This document shows, in pieces, positions 14,509 to 24,914 of a stretch of 64,000 nt of DNA. Location of the stretch: contig CAXXLV010000001.1 in the NCBI GenBank assembly GCA_963664305.2, forward strand, positions 352,001 to 416,000. The letters run 5' to 3'. How positions within the stretch are numbered: position 1 is the first letter of the stretch; the number at the start of each line of letters is the position of its first letter. The notes under the pieces were generated by a model. It was not told the DNA's origin, did not search any database, and saw only the letters and a list, made by a program, of their open reading frames with translations. The DNA comes from an uncultured Aliarcobacter sp. GTDB lineage: Bacteria; Campylobacterota; Campylobacteria; Campylobacterales; Arcobacteraceae. The position numbers and the translations under genes are program-made.

Positions 14509-15516
14509 ATGATAAAAAAATTGACAATAAGTGCAATGGTCTTAGCAACTTCTTTATTTGCAGCAAATGAAGTAAATGTTTATTCTCAAAGACACTATGA
14601 TTCAGATAAAATAATATATAAAAAATTTGAGCAAGAAACTGGTATAAAAGTAAATGTTATTACAGCTCAAGCAGAAGAACTTGTTGCTAAATTAGCAATT
14701 GAAGGTGCAAATACACCAGCAGATGTTTTAATCACGGCAGATATTGGAAATCTATATCAAGCTAAAAAAAGAAATTTATTACAACCTATAGAGTCTAAAA
14801 TATTAAATCAAAATATTCCTGAAAATTTAAGAGACCCTGACAATAATTGGTTTGCCCTTACAAAAAGAGCAAGAGTATTTGTTTATAATCCAAAAACAGT
14901 TAATCCTGCTGATTTAAGTGATTATTTAAGTCTTGCAGATCCTAAATTTAAAGATAAAGTTGTAACTCGTTCTTCGACAAGTGGTTATAATAAATCTTTA
15001 TTGGCTTCAATTATTGCAAACTATGGAGAAGAAAAAGCTTTAGCTTTTGCAAAAGGTTTAGTTGAAAATATGCCTTATAATCCAAAAGGTGCAGATAAAG
15101 ACCAAATTATAGCTGTTGGTGCTGGTGATGCAGATATTGCAATAGTTAATACATATTATTTAGGTGTGATGTTAATTAGTAAGGATAAAAAAGACCAAGA
15201 GATTGCAAAAAGTTTAAAAATCTTTTTCCCTGCACAAAATACAACAGGAACGCATATGAATATCACAGGAGCTGGTGTTACAAACTTTGCTTCAAATAAA
15301 GAAAATGCAATTAAATTTATTGAATATCTAAGTTCAGTAGAAGCACAAGAAATATTTGCAGAAGCAAATCAAGAATTTCCTGTAAATCCAAATGCAAAAG
15401 CTTCTGAAATTGTGCAATCATGGGGAACATTTAAAGAAGATACAATTTCATTAAATGAAGTTGGGAAATATAATAAAAAAGCAATTGAAATAGCGACGGA
15501 AGCAAATTGGAAATAA
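14509..15516 (+). CDS. Fe3+ ABC transporter periplasmic binding protein (FbpA/FutA type)
   Basis: Signal peptide, VNVYSQRHY and iron-binding tandem Tyr (VNTYYLG). Confidence 0.9.
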   Translation: MIKKLTISAMVLATSLFAANEVNVYSQRHYDSDKIIYKKFEQETGIKVNVITAQAEELVAKLAIEGANTPADVLITADIGNLYQAKKRNLLQPIESKILNQNIPENLRDPDNNWFALTKRARVFVYNPKTVNPADLSDYLSLADPKFKDKVVTRSSTSGYNKSLLASIIANYGEEKALAFAKGLVENMPYNPKGADKDQIIAVGAGDADIAIVNTYYLGVMLISKDKKDQEIAKSLKIFFPAQNTTGTHMNITGAGVTNFASNKENAIKFIEYLSSVEAQEIFAEANQEFPVNPNAKASEIVQSWGTFKEDTISLNEVGKYNKKAIEIATEANWK

Positions 15517-17075
15517 ATAGATATAAACGTTACGTTGCTCCATTTATTGGACTATGTATCGCTTCACCAATATTAGCACTATTAATTTATTTCATCCTAA
15601 AAAACGAATTTGACTTTAATTTTCTATTAGGAAAATTAATGGGACAATATATAACTAATACAACAATATTAGTTATTGGTACTTTCTTCTTAGTTTTAAT
15701 CATAGGAACTATTACTTCTTATTTAAGTGCAAGATTTGAATACTTTGGAAGCAAATTTTTCTCTATTTGTTTTATTTTACCACTTGCATATCCAGCTTAT
15801 ATTTTAGGTTATACATATGTTGGTTTCTTTGAATTTAGAGGAATTTTATCAGAGATTGTGGGAAGTAAAAGTGCTAGACTTGATATTTTAAATATGTATG
15901 GAGCAATTTTTATTTTTGGAATTGCAATGTTTCCATATGTTTATGTATTAGCTAAAGTATCTTTTGGCTCAATTTCATCAACTGTTACAGAACTAATATC
16001 TTTACATAAAATAAATCCTATTAAAGCCTTTTTCAAAGTATATTTACCCTTGGCTTATCCAGCTATTTTTGCTGGTTGTCTTTTAGCAATTTTAGAAACA
16101 TTAAGTGATTATGGAACAGTTTTATATTTTGGAATAGATACTTTTAGTATAGGAATATTTAAAAGTTGGTTTGGATATGGAGATTTTATTCAATCAATAA
16201 ATGTTGCAATAATTTTACTTATTTTTGTATTTGGTATTTTATGGACAGAAAGTTTAATTAGAAAAAAATATAGATTTGTAAGTTCAACTTTTAGTGGGAA
16301 AAAAGCACCTAAAATAAAACTTACTGGAAAATACAATTTTTTAGCATTTTTTACATCTTTTATAATTGCTTTAATAACTCTATTTATTCCAACTATTATT
16401 TTAATTTATTGGTTCATTTTAGATATTCATACTTTAGATTTTTCAACATTTCACTATTTATCAAATACACTTACTTTAAATCTTATATCATCTATATGTA
16501 TTATTCTTTTATCATTTTTTGTTGTATATATGCTTAGATTTTATCCATCAAAAATTGGTAATTTTACACATAAATTATCTGTTCTTGGTTATTCTATTCC
16601 AGGAGCGATTGTTGGTATTGGATTATTGGTAATTGCTAATTTTATTGACCAAAGTTTAAATCATGCATTTTTAAATGGTACTTTTTTACTTTTAATTTTT
16701 GCATATACTACAAGATATTTTGCATCAAGTATTGGCTCAATAGAAAATGGTTTTAGTAAAATTGATAGTAGTATTGATGATGCTAGTAAAATATTTGGTA
16801 AAAATGAAATAAGTAATATTTTAAAAGTATATTTGCCATTGATGAAACCTTATATTTTAAGTGGTTTTCTAATTTTATATATAGATATAGCAAAAGAATT
16901 ACCAGCAACTTTAATTTTAAGACCATTTAATTTTGATACTTTAGCTATAAGAATTAGTGAATTAGCAAGTAATGAAATGCTTTATAAAACAGGTTTTCCA
17001 TCTCTTGTACTTGTATTAACGACTGCTGTTGCAGTGTTACTTTTAAATTCTAAATTTGTGAGAAGAAAAATATGA
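15507..17075 (+). CDS. Fe3+ ABC transporter permease (FbpB type)
   Basis: Duplicated permease halves; LSDYG and KELPATLILRPFNFDTLA motifs. Confidence 0.9.
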   Translation: MEINRYKRYVAPFIGLCIASPILALLIYFILKNEFDFNFLLGKLMGQYITNTTILVIGTFFLVLIIGTITSYLSARFEYFGSKFFSICFILPLAYPAYILGYTYVGFFEFRGILSEIVGSKSARLDILNMYGAIFIFGIAMFPYVYVLAKVSFGSISSTVTELISLHKINPIKAFFKVYLPLAYPAIFAGCLLAILETLSDYGTVLYFGIDTFSIGIFKSWFGYGDFIQSINVAIILLIFVFGILWTESLIRKKYRFVSSTFSGKKAPKIKLTGKYNFLAFFTSFIIALITLFIPTIILIYWFILDIHTLDFSTFHYLSNTLTLNLISSICIILLSFFVVYMLRFYPSKIGNFTHKLSVLGYSIPGAIVGIGLLVIANFIDQSLNHAFLNGTFLLLIFAYTTRYFASSIGSIENGFSKIDSSIDDASKIFGKNEISNILKVYLPLMKPYILSGFLILYIDIAKELPATLILRPFNFDTLAIRISELASNEMLYKTGFPSLVLVLTTAVAVLLLNSKFVRRKI

Positions 17076-18004
17076 ATGAAATAGTTCAAATAAAAAATTT
17101 GCATAAAGTATTTTGTAAAGGAAATATTTGCGTTGCAAATAGAATTAATTTGTCAATAAATGAAGGTGAGATTTTTACAATCTTAGGTAAAAGTGGAAGT
17201 GGGAAAACTACCTTTTTAAGAATGATTGCAGGACTTGAAACTCCAGATGATGGAGAAATCACTATAAATGAAAATATTGTTTTTTCAAAAAACAAAAATC
17301 TTGAACCAAAAGAAAGAGAAGTAGCAGTTGTTTTTCAAAATTATGCACTATTACCGCATCTTACAATTGCTTCTAATATTACTTTTGGAAGTGATGCTTC
17401 AAAAAAAGAACTTGAAGAAGTATTAGAAAAAACAAAATTAAAAGGTCAAGAAAATAAATTTCCTCATGAATTAAGTGGTGGTCAACAACAAAGAGTTGCA
17501 CTTGCGCGTGCAATTATCAATAAACCAAAAATCTTACTTTTAGATGAACCATTAAGTAATGTTGATACGGAACTTAGAAGTCATTTAAGAAGTGAATTAA
17601 AAGAGATGATTAAATCATTTAATATTACTGCTTTATTCATTACTCATGATAAAGAAGATGCATTTTATCTGTCAGATAGAATTGCAATTATGCATGAAGG
17701 TGATATTTTACAAGTTGGTACATCAAAAGAAATTTATCATAATCCAAATGATTTGTATTGTGCAAATTTTTTAGGAAAAATGACTCAATTGGATAATAAT
17801 AGTTATATTAGACCTGAACATATTGAAATTTGTGATAATGGAGAATTTGAAGCAACTATAAAAGATATCATTTTTTATGGAAGTTTTTATGAAATAAATA
17901 TTTCTACAAAAGAAAAAAATTTATTTCTTCATAGTTTTGATGATAATCTTCAACTTGGTCAAAAAATAAAATATAAGCTTAATGGAAAAATTCTAAATTT
18001 TTAA
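17072..18004 (+). CDS. Fe3+ ABC transporter ATP-binding protein (FbpC type)
   Basis: GKSGSGKT, LSGGQQQR and LLLDEP. Confidence 0.9.
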   Translation: MNEIVQIKNLHKVFCKGNICVANRINLSINEGEIFTILGKSGSGKTTFLRMIAGLETPDDGEITINENIVFSKNKNLEPKEREVAVVFQNYALLPHLTIASNITFGSDASKKELEEVLEKTKLKGQENKFPHELSGGQQQRVALARAIINKPKILLLDEPLSNVDTELRSHLRSELKEMIKSFNITALFITHDKEDAFYLSDRIAIMHEGDILQVGTSKEIYHNPNDLYCANFLGKMTQLDNNSYIRPEHIEICDNGEFEATIKDIIFYGSFYEINISTKEKNLFLHSFDDNLQLGQKIKYKLNGKILNF

Positions 18005-18051
18005 TAAAAAATAAAATAATAAATTTATTTTTTATATTGTAAAATCATTTT

Positions 18052-20331
18052 ATGATTATTAAAAAATTACTTATTATTTTATTATTGTCAATTTTACCCC
18101 TATTTTCAATAGAAAATAAGAAAATTAATTTATATCTTGATTGGTTAAATCAATTTCAATTTGCAGGTTATTATATTGCAAAAGAGAAAGGTTTTTACAA
18201 TAATTACGGTTTTGATGTAAATATAATTGAATATAAACATAACAATATCCCAAATGAAGTAATGAATAATCCAAACTCTTATGGTATTGGAAAATCTTCT
18301 TTAATTATTGATAAATATGATGGAAAGAATATTATTTTATTATCAAGCATATTTCAAAATTCTCCTTTAGTATTAATTAGTCTAGAAAAATCACTTATTA
18401 AAACTCCAAAAGATTTAAAAAATAAAAAAATAATGATTACAAATGATGCAAAAGAAACTGCAGCATTAAAAACATTAATTAGCTCTCAAGGAGTAAATGA
18501 AGAAGATTTAATACTTCAAGAACACTCTTTTAAACTTGAAGATTTATTAAATGGAAAAACTGAAGTTATGGCATCATATTTATCAAATGAACCATATATT
18601 TTAGAAAAAAATAAAATCCCTTATAATGTAATAAATCCAAATGATTATAACTTCAATTTTTATGAAGGTATTTTATTTACTTCTGAAAATGAGTTACATA
18701 CAAACCCTACTCGTGTACAAAATTTTAATGAGGCTTCTTTAAAAGGTTGGGAATATGCTTTTAAAAATATTGAAGAAACTGCAAAATTAATATATGAAAA
18801 ATATAATACACAAAATAAATCTTTAGATGCTTTGATTTACGAAGGAAATGTATTAAAAAAATTATCTAAATTTGATGATGGAAAATTAGGAGATATAAAT
18901 ACTGAAAAAATTGATGAAATCAAAAGATTTTATAACTTTTTAGGATTGAATACAAATAACAATAAATTTGATACAAATTCAATTATTTTAAACAAAACAG
19001 ATGTTATTTTTAACAAAGAAAAGTTAGATTATTTAAAAAATAATCATTTTACTCTTTTAGTTGAAGATAATAAAATCCCTTTTTCTTTTAAATTAACAAA
19101 TGAATTTAAAGGTATAGAAATTGATTTTTGGAATTTAATTTCTGAAAAATTAAATAAACCATTTAATATTGAAGAAGTAATTGACAATAAAATGTTTAAT
19201 ATTTTTTCAAATACGATTAAAGCAAAATTTATTTATAGCTATGAAGATTCAAATAAAAACAATGACTATTTATTAAGTAAACCTATTTCTAATATTCCTC
19301 TTGCAATAGCAACAAAAAATGATAAAAATTTTATAAATTATTTTTCAATTTTAGCAAATAAAAAAATTGCTGTATTAGAGCAATTAAAAATGAAAAATTT
19401 ATTAGAAACTACTTTCCCCAATATTCGTTTTGTTGAAGTACCTTCATCAGAAAGTGCATTTTATAAGTTAAGAAATAATGAAGTTTTTGGTTTTATTGAT
19501 AATATATATTCTTTAACTCACTATATAAATAAAAATCATTTATTAAATATGAAAATAAATTCAACGATAGACTATTCTTTAAAAATGTATTTACAGATTG
19601 AAAAAAAAGACTCTAAATTTTTGGATTTAATTAATAGTGCAATAAACAGAATAACTAAAGATGAAGAAAAAATTATATTAAATAATTATCAACAAATTTT
19701 GTACCATGATAGAATAGATTACATCCAATTTCTGAAATATATTTTACCTCTAGTTATTTTACTTTTAGTATTTGTATTTTTTAATATTAAACTAAAAAAA
19801 GAGATTCATAGAAGAAGAGAAGTAGAAGCTCAACTTCTTAACTTTGCAAATAAAGATAGTTTAACTAACATTTTTAACAGACGCAAGATTGAAGAAATTT
19901 GCGAAAAAGAGCTACTTAGAAGTAAAAGATACGGTACACATTTTTCTATAATATTCTTTGATTTAAATGATTTCAAAATAATAAATGATAAATTAGGACA
20001 TCACATTGGAGATGAAGTTCTCGTAAAAGTTGCAGATATAATAAATAAAAATATAAGAGAAATAGATAGTTTTGGTAGATGGGGTGGAGATGAATTTCTA
20101 ATAATACTTCCTCAAACAAATAAAAATCAAGCAAAAACTATAATCTTAGCACTAGAAAACAATATAAATGATTTAACGTTTAGTTTTAACAATGAGTTAA
20201 AAGTAAGTTGTAGTTTTGGAATAAGTGAATATGAAAAAGGTGATACATTGGATTCATTACTTAAAAAAGCTGATGAATCAATGTATACTACAAAAGCTAT
20301 ATATAAAAAAGAATTAAGTAAAAAAACTTAA
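18052..20331 (+). CDS. Membrane diguanylate cyclase with NMT1/THI5-like and second periplasmic-binding sensor domains
   Basis: Signal/TM segment, LDWLNQFQFAGYYIAKEKGFY (NMT1-like), a TM segment, then DSLT...NRR, FDLNDFK.IND..GH..GD and an intact RWGGDEF. Confidence 0.85.
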   Translation: MIIKKLLIILLLSILPLFSIENKKINLYLDWLNQFQFAGYYIAKEKGFYNNYGFDVNIIEYKHNNIPNEVMNNPNSYGIGKSSLIIDKYDGKNIILLSSIFQNSPLVLISLEKSLIKTPKDLKNKKIMITNDAKETAALKTLISSQGVNEEDLILQEHSFKLEDLLNGKTEVMASYLSNEPYILEKNKIPYNVINPNDYNFNFYEGILFTSENELHTNPTRVQNFNEASLKGWEYAFKNIEETAKLIYEKYNTQNKSLDALIYEGNVLKKLSKFDDGKLGDINTEKIDEIKRFYNFLGLNTNNNKFDTNSIILNKTDVIFNKEKLDYLKNNHFTLLVEDNKIPFSFKLTNEFKGIEIDFWNLISEKLNKPFNIEEVIDNKMFNIFSNTIKAKFIYSYEDSNKNNDYLLSKPISNIPLAIATKNDKNFINYFSILANKKIAVLEQLKMKNLLETTFPNIRFVEVPSSESAFYKLRNNEVFGFIDNIYSLTHYINKNHLLNMKINSTIDYSLKMYLQIEKKDSKFLDLINSAINRITKDEEKIILNNYQQILYHDRIDYIQFLKYILPLVILLLVFVFFNIKLKKEIHRRREVEAQLLNFANKDSLTNIFNRRKIEEICEKELLRSKRYGTHFSIIFFDLNDFKIINDKLGHHIGDEVLVKVADIINKNIREIDSFGRWGGDEFLIILPQTNKNQAKTIILALENNINDLTFSFNNELKVSCSFGISEYEKGDTLDSLLKKADESMYTTKAIYKKELSKKT

Positions 20332-20342
20332 CTCCCTATTTT

Positions 20343-21929
20343 TTATTCAGAATCTTCTACAGCTCCAACTGGCTCTAAAGCTGCTAAATAATCTTTAAAT
20401 CTTGTTTGACCTAAATTATCAGCTTTGTAATCATTTATTAGTTTTTCAACATAATCAACAACACCTGTAGCTGGAACTTTTACTCCAATTTTTCTTGAAA
20501 GTCTACTTTTACTTGTTCCTTCTAAATTTCCACCTAAAAGAACTTCATAACCTTCAACTCTTTCACCTTCGTGTCTTATCATTCCACCGACAAATCCAAT
20601 ATCAGAAATTTGAGGTTGAGAACAACCATTTCCACATCCTGAGAATGAAATAGTTACATCTTCAATAAATTCTGGGAATCTATTTTCAAGTTCAACAACA
20701 ACTTTTTTTGCAAACTCTTTTGTTTCAGTAATACCAAATTTACAGAACTCTTTTCCTGTACAAGATTGTAATCTTGCTCTAAAAGGAGTTGGTTGATATG
20801 GATATCCTAAAGCTACAAATTCATCAGCTAAAGCTTGAACTACCTCATCTTTAACACCATAAACTACAAAATTCTGAGTTGCAGTTAAAGCTAATCCTTC
20901 AGCATTATATTTTTCACAAATTTCATACATTTTAGCAAAATCAGTTCCTGGAACTCTTCCTGAATTAGTTGCAAAACCAACATAAGAATATCCCTCTTGT
21001 TTTGATTTATTAATTCCAAAATGATTTCTATTTTCAAATGAAGCAATTTTTGGTTCAACTAAACCTTCTTGTAATTTATAACCAATTACTTTTTCAATTT
21101 CATCAACGAATTTTTCAATTCCCCAATCATTTAATAAGTGTCTAACCCTTGCTTTATTTCTATTATCTCTATTTCCATTATCTCTAAAGATTTCAGCACA
21201 TGCAACTGCAACATCTAAAACTTGTTCTGGTTTTACATATCTTGAAGCCCTTGTAGCAATTTGTTTTGATTTTGATAAACCACCACCAATTGTTAAATCA
21301 AATAAAACTTCACCATTATCTGCTTTAAATGCAGTAAAAGCAACATCTTGGATTTCATGAGCTGCACAATGACATTTACATCCACTAATACCTATTTTAT
21401 ATTTTCTTGGGAAATTGCAAAATCTATCATCATTTTTATCAAAGTAAGTATCTACTTGTTTTACAAGTTCTCTTACATCATAAATCTCACCCTCATCAAT
21501 TCCACTCACTGGACAAGTCATAATTGGTCTTGGTCCATCTCCTGAAGCCATTCTTGAAGTTAAACCTGCACCTTCTAATAATTCAAAAATTGCTGGCATG
21601 TCTTTGATTTGGATATAGTGAAATTGCACATTTTGTCTTGTAGTAAAATCAACTAATCCTTGTGCATACTCTTGTCCAATTTGTGCCATAACTTTTAGTT
21701 GAGCTAAATTCATTTTAGTATCAACTATTTTGATTCTTTTCATAAAATATTTTTTATCTTCTCTGCCATCACTATTTACATGAGGATACATTCCATACCA
21801 TTTTAATAAACCAATATATTCATCTTTTAATGGAATACCTTCATTTGCTTCTTTATAAATATCTTCTATAACTCTTAAAGGATTTCTTGAAGCTTTTAAT
21901 TGCTCTAATGCAGATAACTCTTTTGCCAT
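20343..21929 (-). CDS. Ferredoxin-dependent nitrite/sulfite reductase (siroheme, 4Fe-4S)
   Basis: FTTRQNVQFH, PRKYKIGISGC, CTGKEFC and GCGNGC motifs. Confidence 0.85.
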   Translation of the reverse strand: MAKELSALEQLKASRNPLRVIEDIYKEANEGIPLKDEYIGLLKWYGMYPHVNSDGREDKKYFMKRIKIVDTKMNLAQLKVMAQIGQEYAQGLVDFTTRQNVQFHYIQIKDMPAIFELLEGAGLTSRMASGDGPRPIMTCPVSGIDEGEIYDVRELVKQVDTYFDKNDDRFCNFPRKYKIGISGCKCHCAAHEIQDVAFTAFKADNGEVLFDLTIGGGLSKSKQIATRASRYVKPEQVLDVAVACAEIFRDNGNRDNRNKARVRHLLNDWGIEKFVDEIEKVIGYKLQEGLVEPKIASFENRNHFGINKSKQEGYSYVGFATNSGRVPGTDFAKMYEICEKYNAEGLALTATQNFVVYGVKDEVVQALADEFVALGYPYQPTPFRARLQSCTGKEFCKFGITETKEFAKKVVVELENRFPEFIEDVTISFSGCGNGCSQPQISDIGFVGGMIRHEGERVEGYEVLLGGNLEGTSKSRLSRKIGVKVPATGVVDYVEKLINDYKADNLGQTRFKDYLAALEPVGAVEDSE

Positions 21930-22328
21930 AATTTTCTCCTAAAATTTTAAAACTATATAATATCTCAAAATCATTTTATTTTAGAAATTATATCTTAGAT
22001 TTATAAAAAATAAATTAAATTAATCTTGATTAAAATACTATAGTTTATTTAATGATTAATTTTAGGGCTATCCAATAATAAAATTAATATATTTTATATC
22101 TTTTTTCTTATCATTATTTTCCAATTTTATTTAACAAATAAATTTATTTATCTTTTAATAAGTCCATAAAATAGAGCTTTTAAGGAATAATTTTTCCTTT
22201 AAGTTTCATTTCAGAAAATTTCTTTTTTTTATGGTTTATAATTGCAATATAGAATAAGAAGATAATCTTAGATGATTCATAAATCTTCCTATAAATCTTA
22301 TTCTATCTAAATTTTTCAGGAGAATAAA

Positions 22329-23414
22329 TTGGGTGCTTCATTTACAAATGAGCCAAAAAATTTTGTTCCTTTTCTTGACTTATTAAAACAATTAATAAGA
22401 GTTCCATCAGTTACTGGTGCAGAACACTCTTTTTTACTTTATTTAAAAAGAGAGTTAGAAGAAATAGGTATAGAAACACAATATTATGATGGTCTATTAG
22501 TTGCGCAAGGTAAAAATCCTACCAAAGGAATGTTAAGTGCACATATTGATAGACATGGTGTAATTTGTACAGGACCAAATGAATTTCAATTTGCAGCATT
22601 TCTTGCTAAAAATCGTTCAGATTTAAGAGGAAACTCATTATCAGAACAGACTTATCAATTAATTGCAAAAAGATATATAAATCAACAAGTGCAAGCTTAT
22701 GAACCATGGAGTGGAAGTTATCTAGGAATTGGTAGAATTAATGATGCTTACATGTGTGAAGAAGTTAATAATCTTATTTTTAAAATAGAAGGATTATCAC
22801 ATTTACAACCAGGAACACCTATTGCATTTAGTGATAAGTTAAAAAGAGATGATGATTTAATATCAGCGCAACTTGACAATGTAATTTCAGCAGCAATTAT
22901 AATTTATTTATATCAAAATGGTTTTCAAGGTACAGCATTTTTTACTGCTCAAGAAGAGGCTGGTAAATCTTGGAGATACGTATATGAATGGTTTAGAAAA
23001 AATAATGTGACAACTAATGAATTATTGGTTTTGGATACAAGTCCTTATGATACAAGAGTTGAGGCAGATGTTCAACAAGTAGTTTTAAGAAATAGAGATG
23101 CAAATGCAAAATTTAAATCTCCTGTTTTAAAACAGCTTAAGAATTTTTGTCATAAAAATGGTATTAATTTCTCATGTAAAGATAGTTTTATTCAAGAAAA
23201 AAATAAAATTAGAAAAGAAAAAGGTTTACCACTATTAACTTTAGGAAGTACAGAACTAGGAAGAATAGTAATGGAATCTAAAGGAACAATTCAAGGAACA
23301 ACATTACAAATACCAACAACAGGTTATCATACAGTTGAAGAAACAGCATCAATAAAATCGGTTAAAACGATTTTACATATCTTAAGCAGTTTATATATTG
23401 ATAAAAGTGCTTAA
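22329..23414 (+). CDS. M42/M20-clan zinc metallopeptidase-like protein (TTG start)
   Basis: PSVTGAE, SAHID, QLDN, QEEAG, LDTS and GYHT co-catalytic metal ligands; AGGAG RBS. Confidence 0.7.
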   Translation: MGASFTNEPKNFVPFLDLLKQLIRVPSVTGAEHSFLLYLKRELEEIGIETQYYDGLLVAQGKNPTKGMLSAHIDRHGVICTGPNEFQFAAFLAKNRSDLRGNSLSEQTYQLIAKRYINQQVQAYEPWSGSYLGIGRINDAYMCEEVNNLIFKIEGLSHLQPGTPIAFSDKLKRDDDLISAQLDNVISAAIIIYLYQNGFQGTAFFTAQEEAGKSWRYVYEWFRKNNVTTNELLVLDTSPYDTRVEADVQQVVLRNRDANAKFKSPVLKQLKNFCHKNGINFSCKDSFIQEKNKIRKEKGLPLLTLGSTELGRIVMESKGTIQGTTLQIPTTGYHTVEETASIKSVKTILHILSSLYIDKSA

Positions 23415-23455
23415 TAAAAATAAAGAAATATATTAATTTAGAGGAATTTGAAATT

Positions 23456-23686
23456 ATGGATTTAGCTATTATTTACGAATTAAGAGCAAACGATGTAAGC
23501 GAAGAGCATATTGAATTAATCATGAATAGAGTAAAAAATAGATTGACGGAAGAGAATATAGATAAAGAATTAGTAAAGTTAGGTTATCCTAAAATATTCA
23601 CTGTAGATTATGATGAATATGATAACTATAATTTTGATGACGACTATAGTCCTAGTCACAAGGGAAATTATGAAGAAATTGACTAA
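23456..23686 (+). CDS. Small acidic hypothetical protein
   Basis: GAGGA RBS; 76 aa with an Asp/Tyr-rich C-terminus. Confidence 0.65.
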   Translation: MDLAIIYELRANDVSEEHIELIMNRVKNRLTEENIDKELVKLGYPKIFTVDYDEYDNYNFDDDYSPSHKGNYEEID

Positions 23687-24074
23687 TAAAGAATTAGTAA
23701 AATTATATTACGACGAATTGTGGAATAAACAAAATAAAGATTATATTGATATTTTATTTGATGACAATATAACTTTTCATGGTTCATTAGATATAGATGT
23801 AAAAGGTAAAGAACAGTTCAAAACATATATGGACACAATTTTAACTGGTATTCCAAATCTTTTCCATAGTATTGTTACTATGGTTAGTGAAGGTGATACT
23901 ATTGCCGTTAAAGCACTTTACAATGGTAGACACACTGGTAAATTATTTGAATTTGAACCAAGTAATAATAAAATTGCCTACAGTGGTGCATCTTTCTTTA
24001 AATTTAGAGATGGAAAAATTGTAGACGTTTGGGTTCTTGGCGATTTAAAAAATCTTATTAAACAACTTTCATAA
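23670..24074 (+). CDS. SnoaL-like ester cyclase (NTF2-like fold); probable start ATG 23670
   Basis: NKELVKLYYDELWN, GRHTG.LF.FEPSNNKI and FKFRDGKIVDVW..GD; AAGGG RBS. Confidence 0.8.
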   Translation: MKKLTNKELVKLYYDELWNKQNKDYIDILFDDNITFHGSLDIDVKGKEQFKTYMDTILTGIPNLFHSIVTMVSEGDTIAVKALYNGRHTGKLFEFEPSNNKIAYSGASFFKFRDGKIVDVWVLGDLKNLIKQLS

Positions 24075-24091
24075 ACAACCGTTTATGAAAG
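24066..24091 (+). terminator. Hairpin after the SnoaL gene
   Basis: CTTTCATAAAC-aacc-GTTTATGAAAG, 11-bp perfect stem with a weak U tract. Confidence 0.5.
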
Positions 24092-24179
24092 CCTACTTTA
24101 TACTTACAAAATTATTTTTCAAATAAAAACAACAGTTTTTTTCACTATAATTACGCCAAATTATTAAATAAGAGATTAA

Positions 24180-24914
24180 ATGAAATTAGATGAAAATCAA
24201 TTAAAAGAGTTTCAAGAAAATGGTTTTTTAGTTTTAAAAAACTTTGCACCAATGGAACTTTGTGATGCAATTTTAGAAAAAGCAAAAGAGCATTTACACA
24301 AAAAGCAAGCTCCTATTGAAACTGAACAAGAATATATGAATTTAGATGACAACAATATAACAGTTAGAAGACTTAGACAAGTTTATGATAGAGAAGAAAT
24401 TTTTAGAACTTGGATGACAAATGAAAAAATCAGACCTATTTTAAAACAGATTTTAAATGATTCACCTGTTTTAACTTTAGCTCATCATAACTCAATTATG
24501 ACAAAACTACCAAAAGAAAGCACTAGAACTTATTGGCATCAAGATAGACGTTATTGGAATTTTGAAAACAATAATTTAGTTTCAGTTTGGCTTGCACTTG
24601 GTGATGAAAATCTTGAAAATGGATTATTAGAGTTTATTCCAAAAAGTCATAAAATAGATTTTTCAAAAGATAGATTTGATGAAGTTGATAATTTTTTAGA
24701 CGAAAATGAAGAGAATAAAAAACTAATAAAAACAAAAGTTCATACAAATTTACAAAAAGGTGATGTGGTTTTATTTCACTGTAAAACACTTCATCATGCA
24801 AGTAAGAACAATACAGATAAAGCAAAAATTTCTTTTGTTTATACAGTTCGAGCAAAAAGTAATAAACCAATAGCAAATACAAGAAGTGATTTTAAGGAAA
24901 TAATACTTGACTAA
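24180..24914 (+). CDS. Phytanoyl-CoA dioxygenase (PhyH) family Fe(II)/2-oxoglutarate oxygenase
   Basis: FQENGFLV, WHQD, VWLAL, NG.LEFIPKSH, GDVVLFH..TLH motifs. Confidence 0.85.
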   Translation: MKLDENQLKEFQENGFLVLKNFAPMELCDAILEKAKEHLHKKQAPIETEQEYMNLDDNNITVRRLRQVYDREEIFRTWMTNEKIRPILKQILNDSPVLTLAHHNSIMTKLPKESTRTYWHQDRRYWNFENNNLVSVWLALGDENLENGLLEFIPKSHKIDFSKDRFDEVDNFLDENEENKKLIKTKVHTNLQKGDVVLFHCKTLHHASKNNTDKAKISFVYTVRAKSNKPIANTRSDFKEIILD

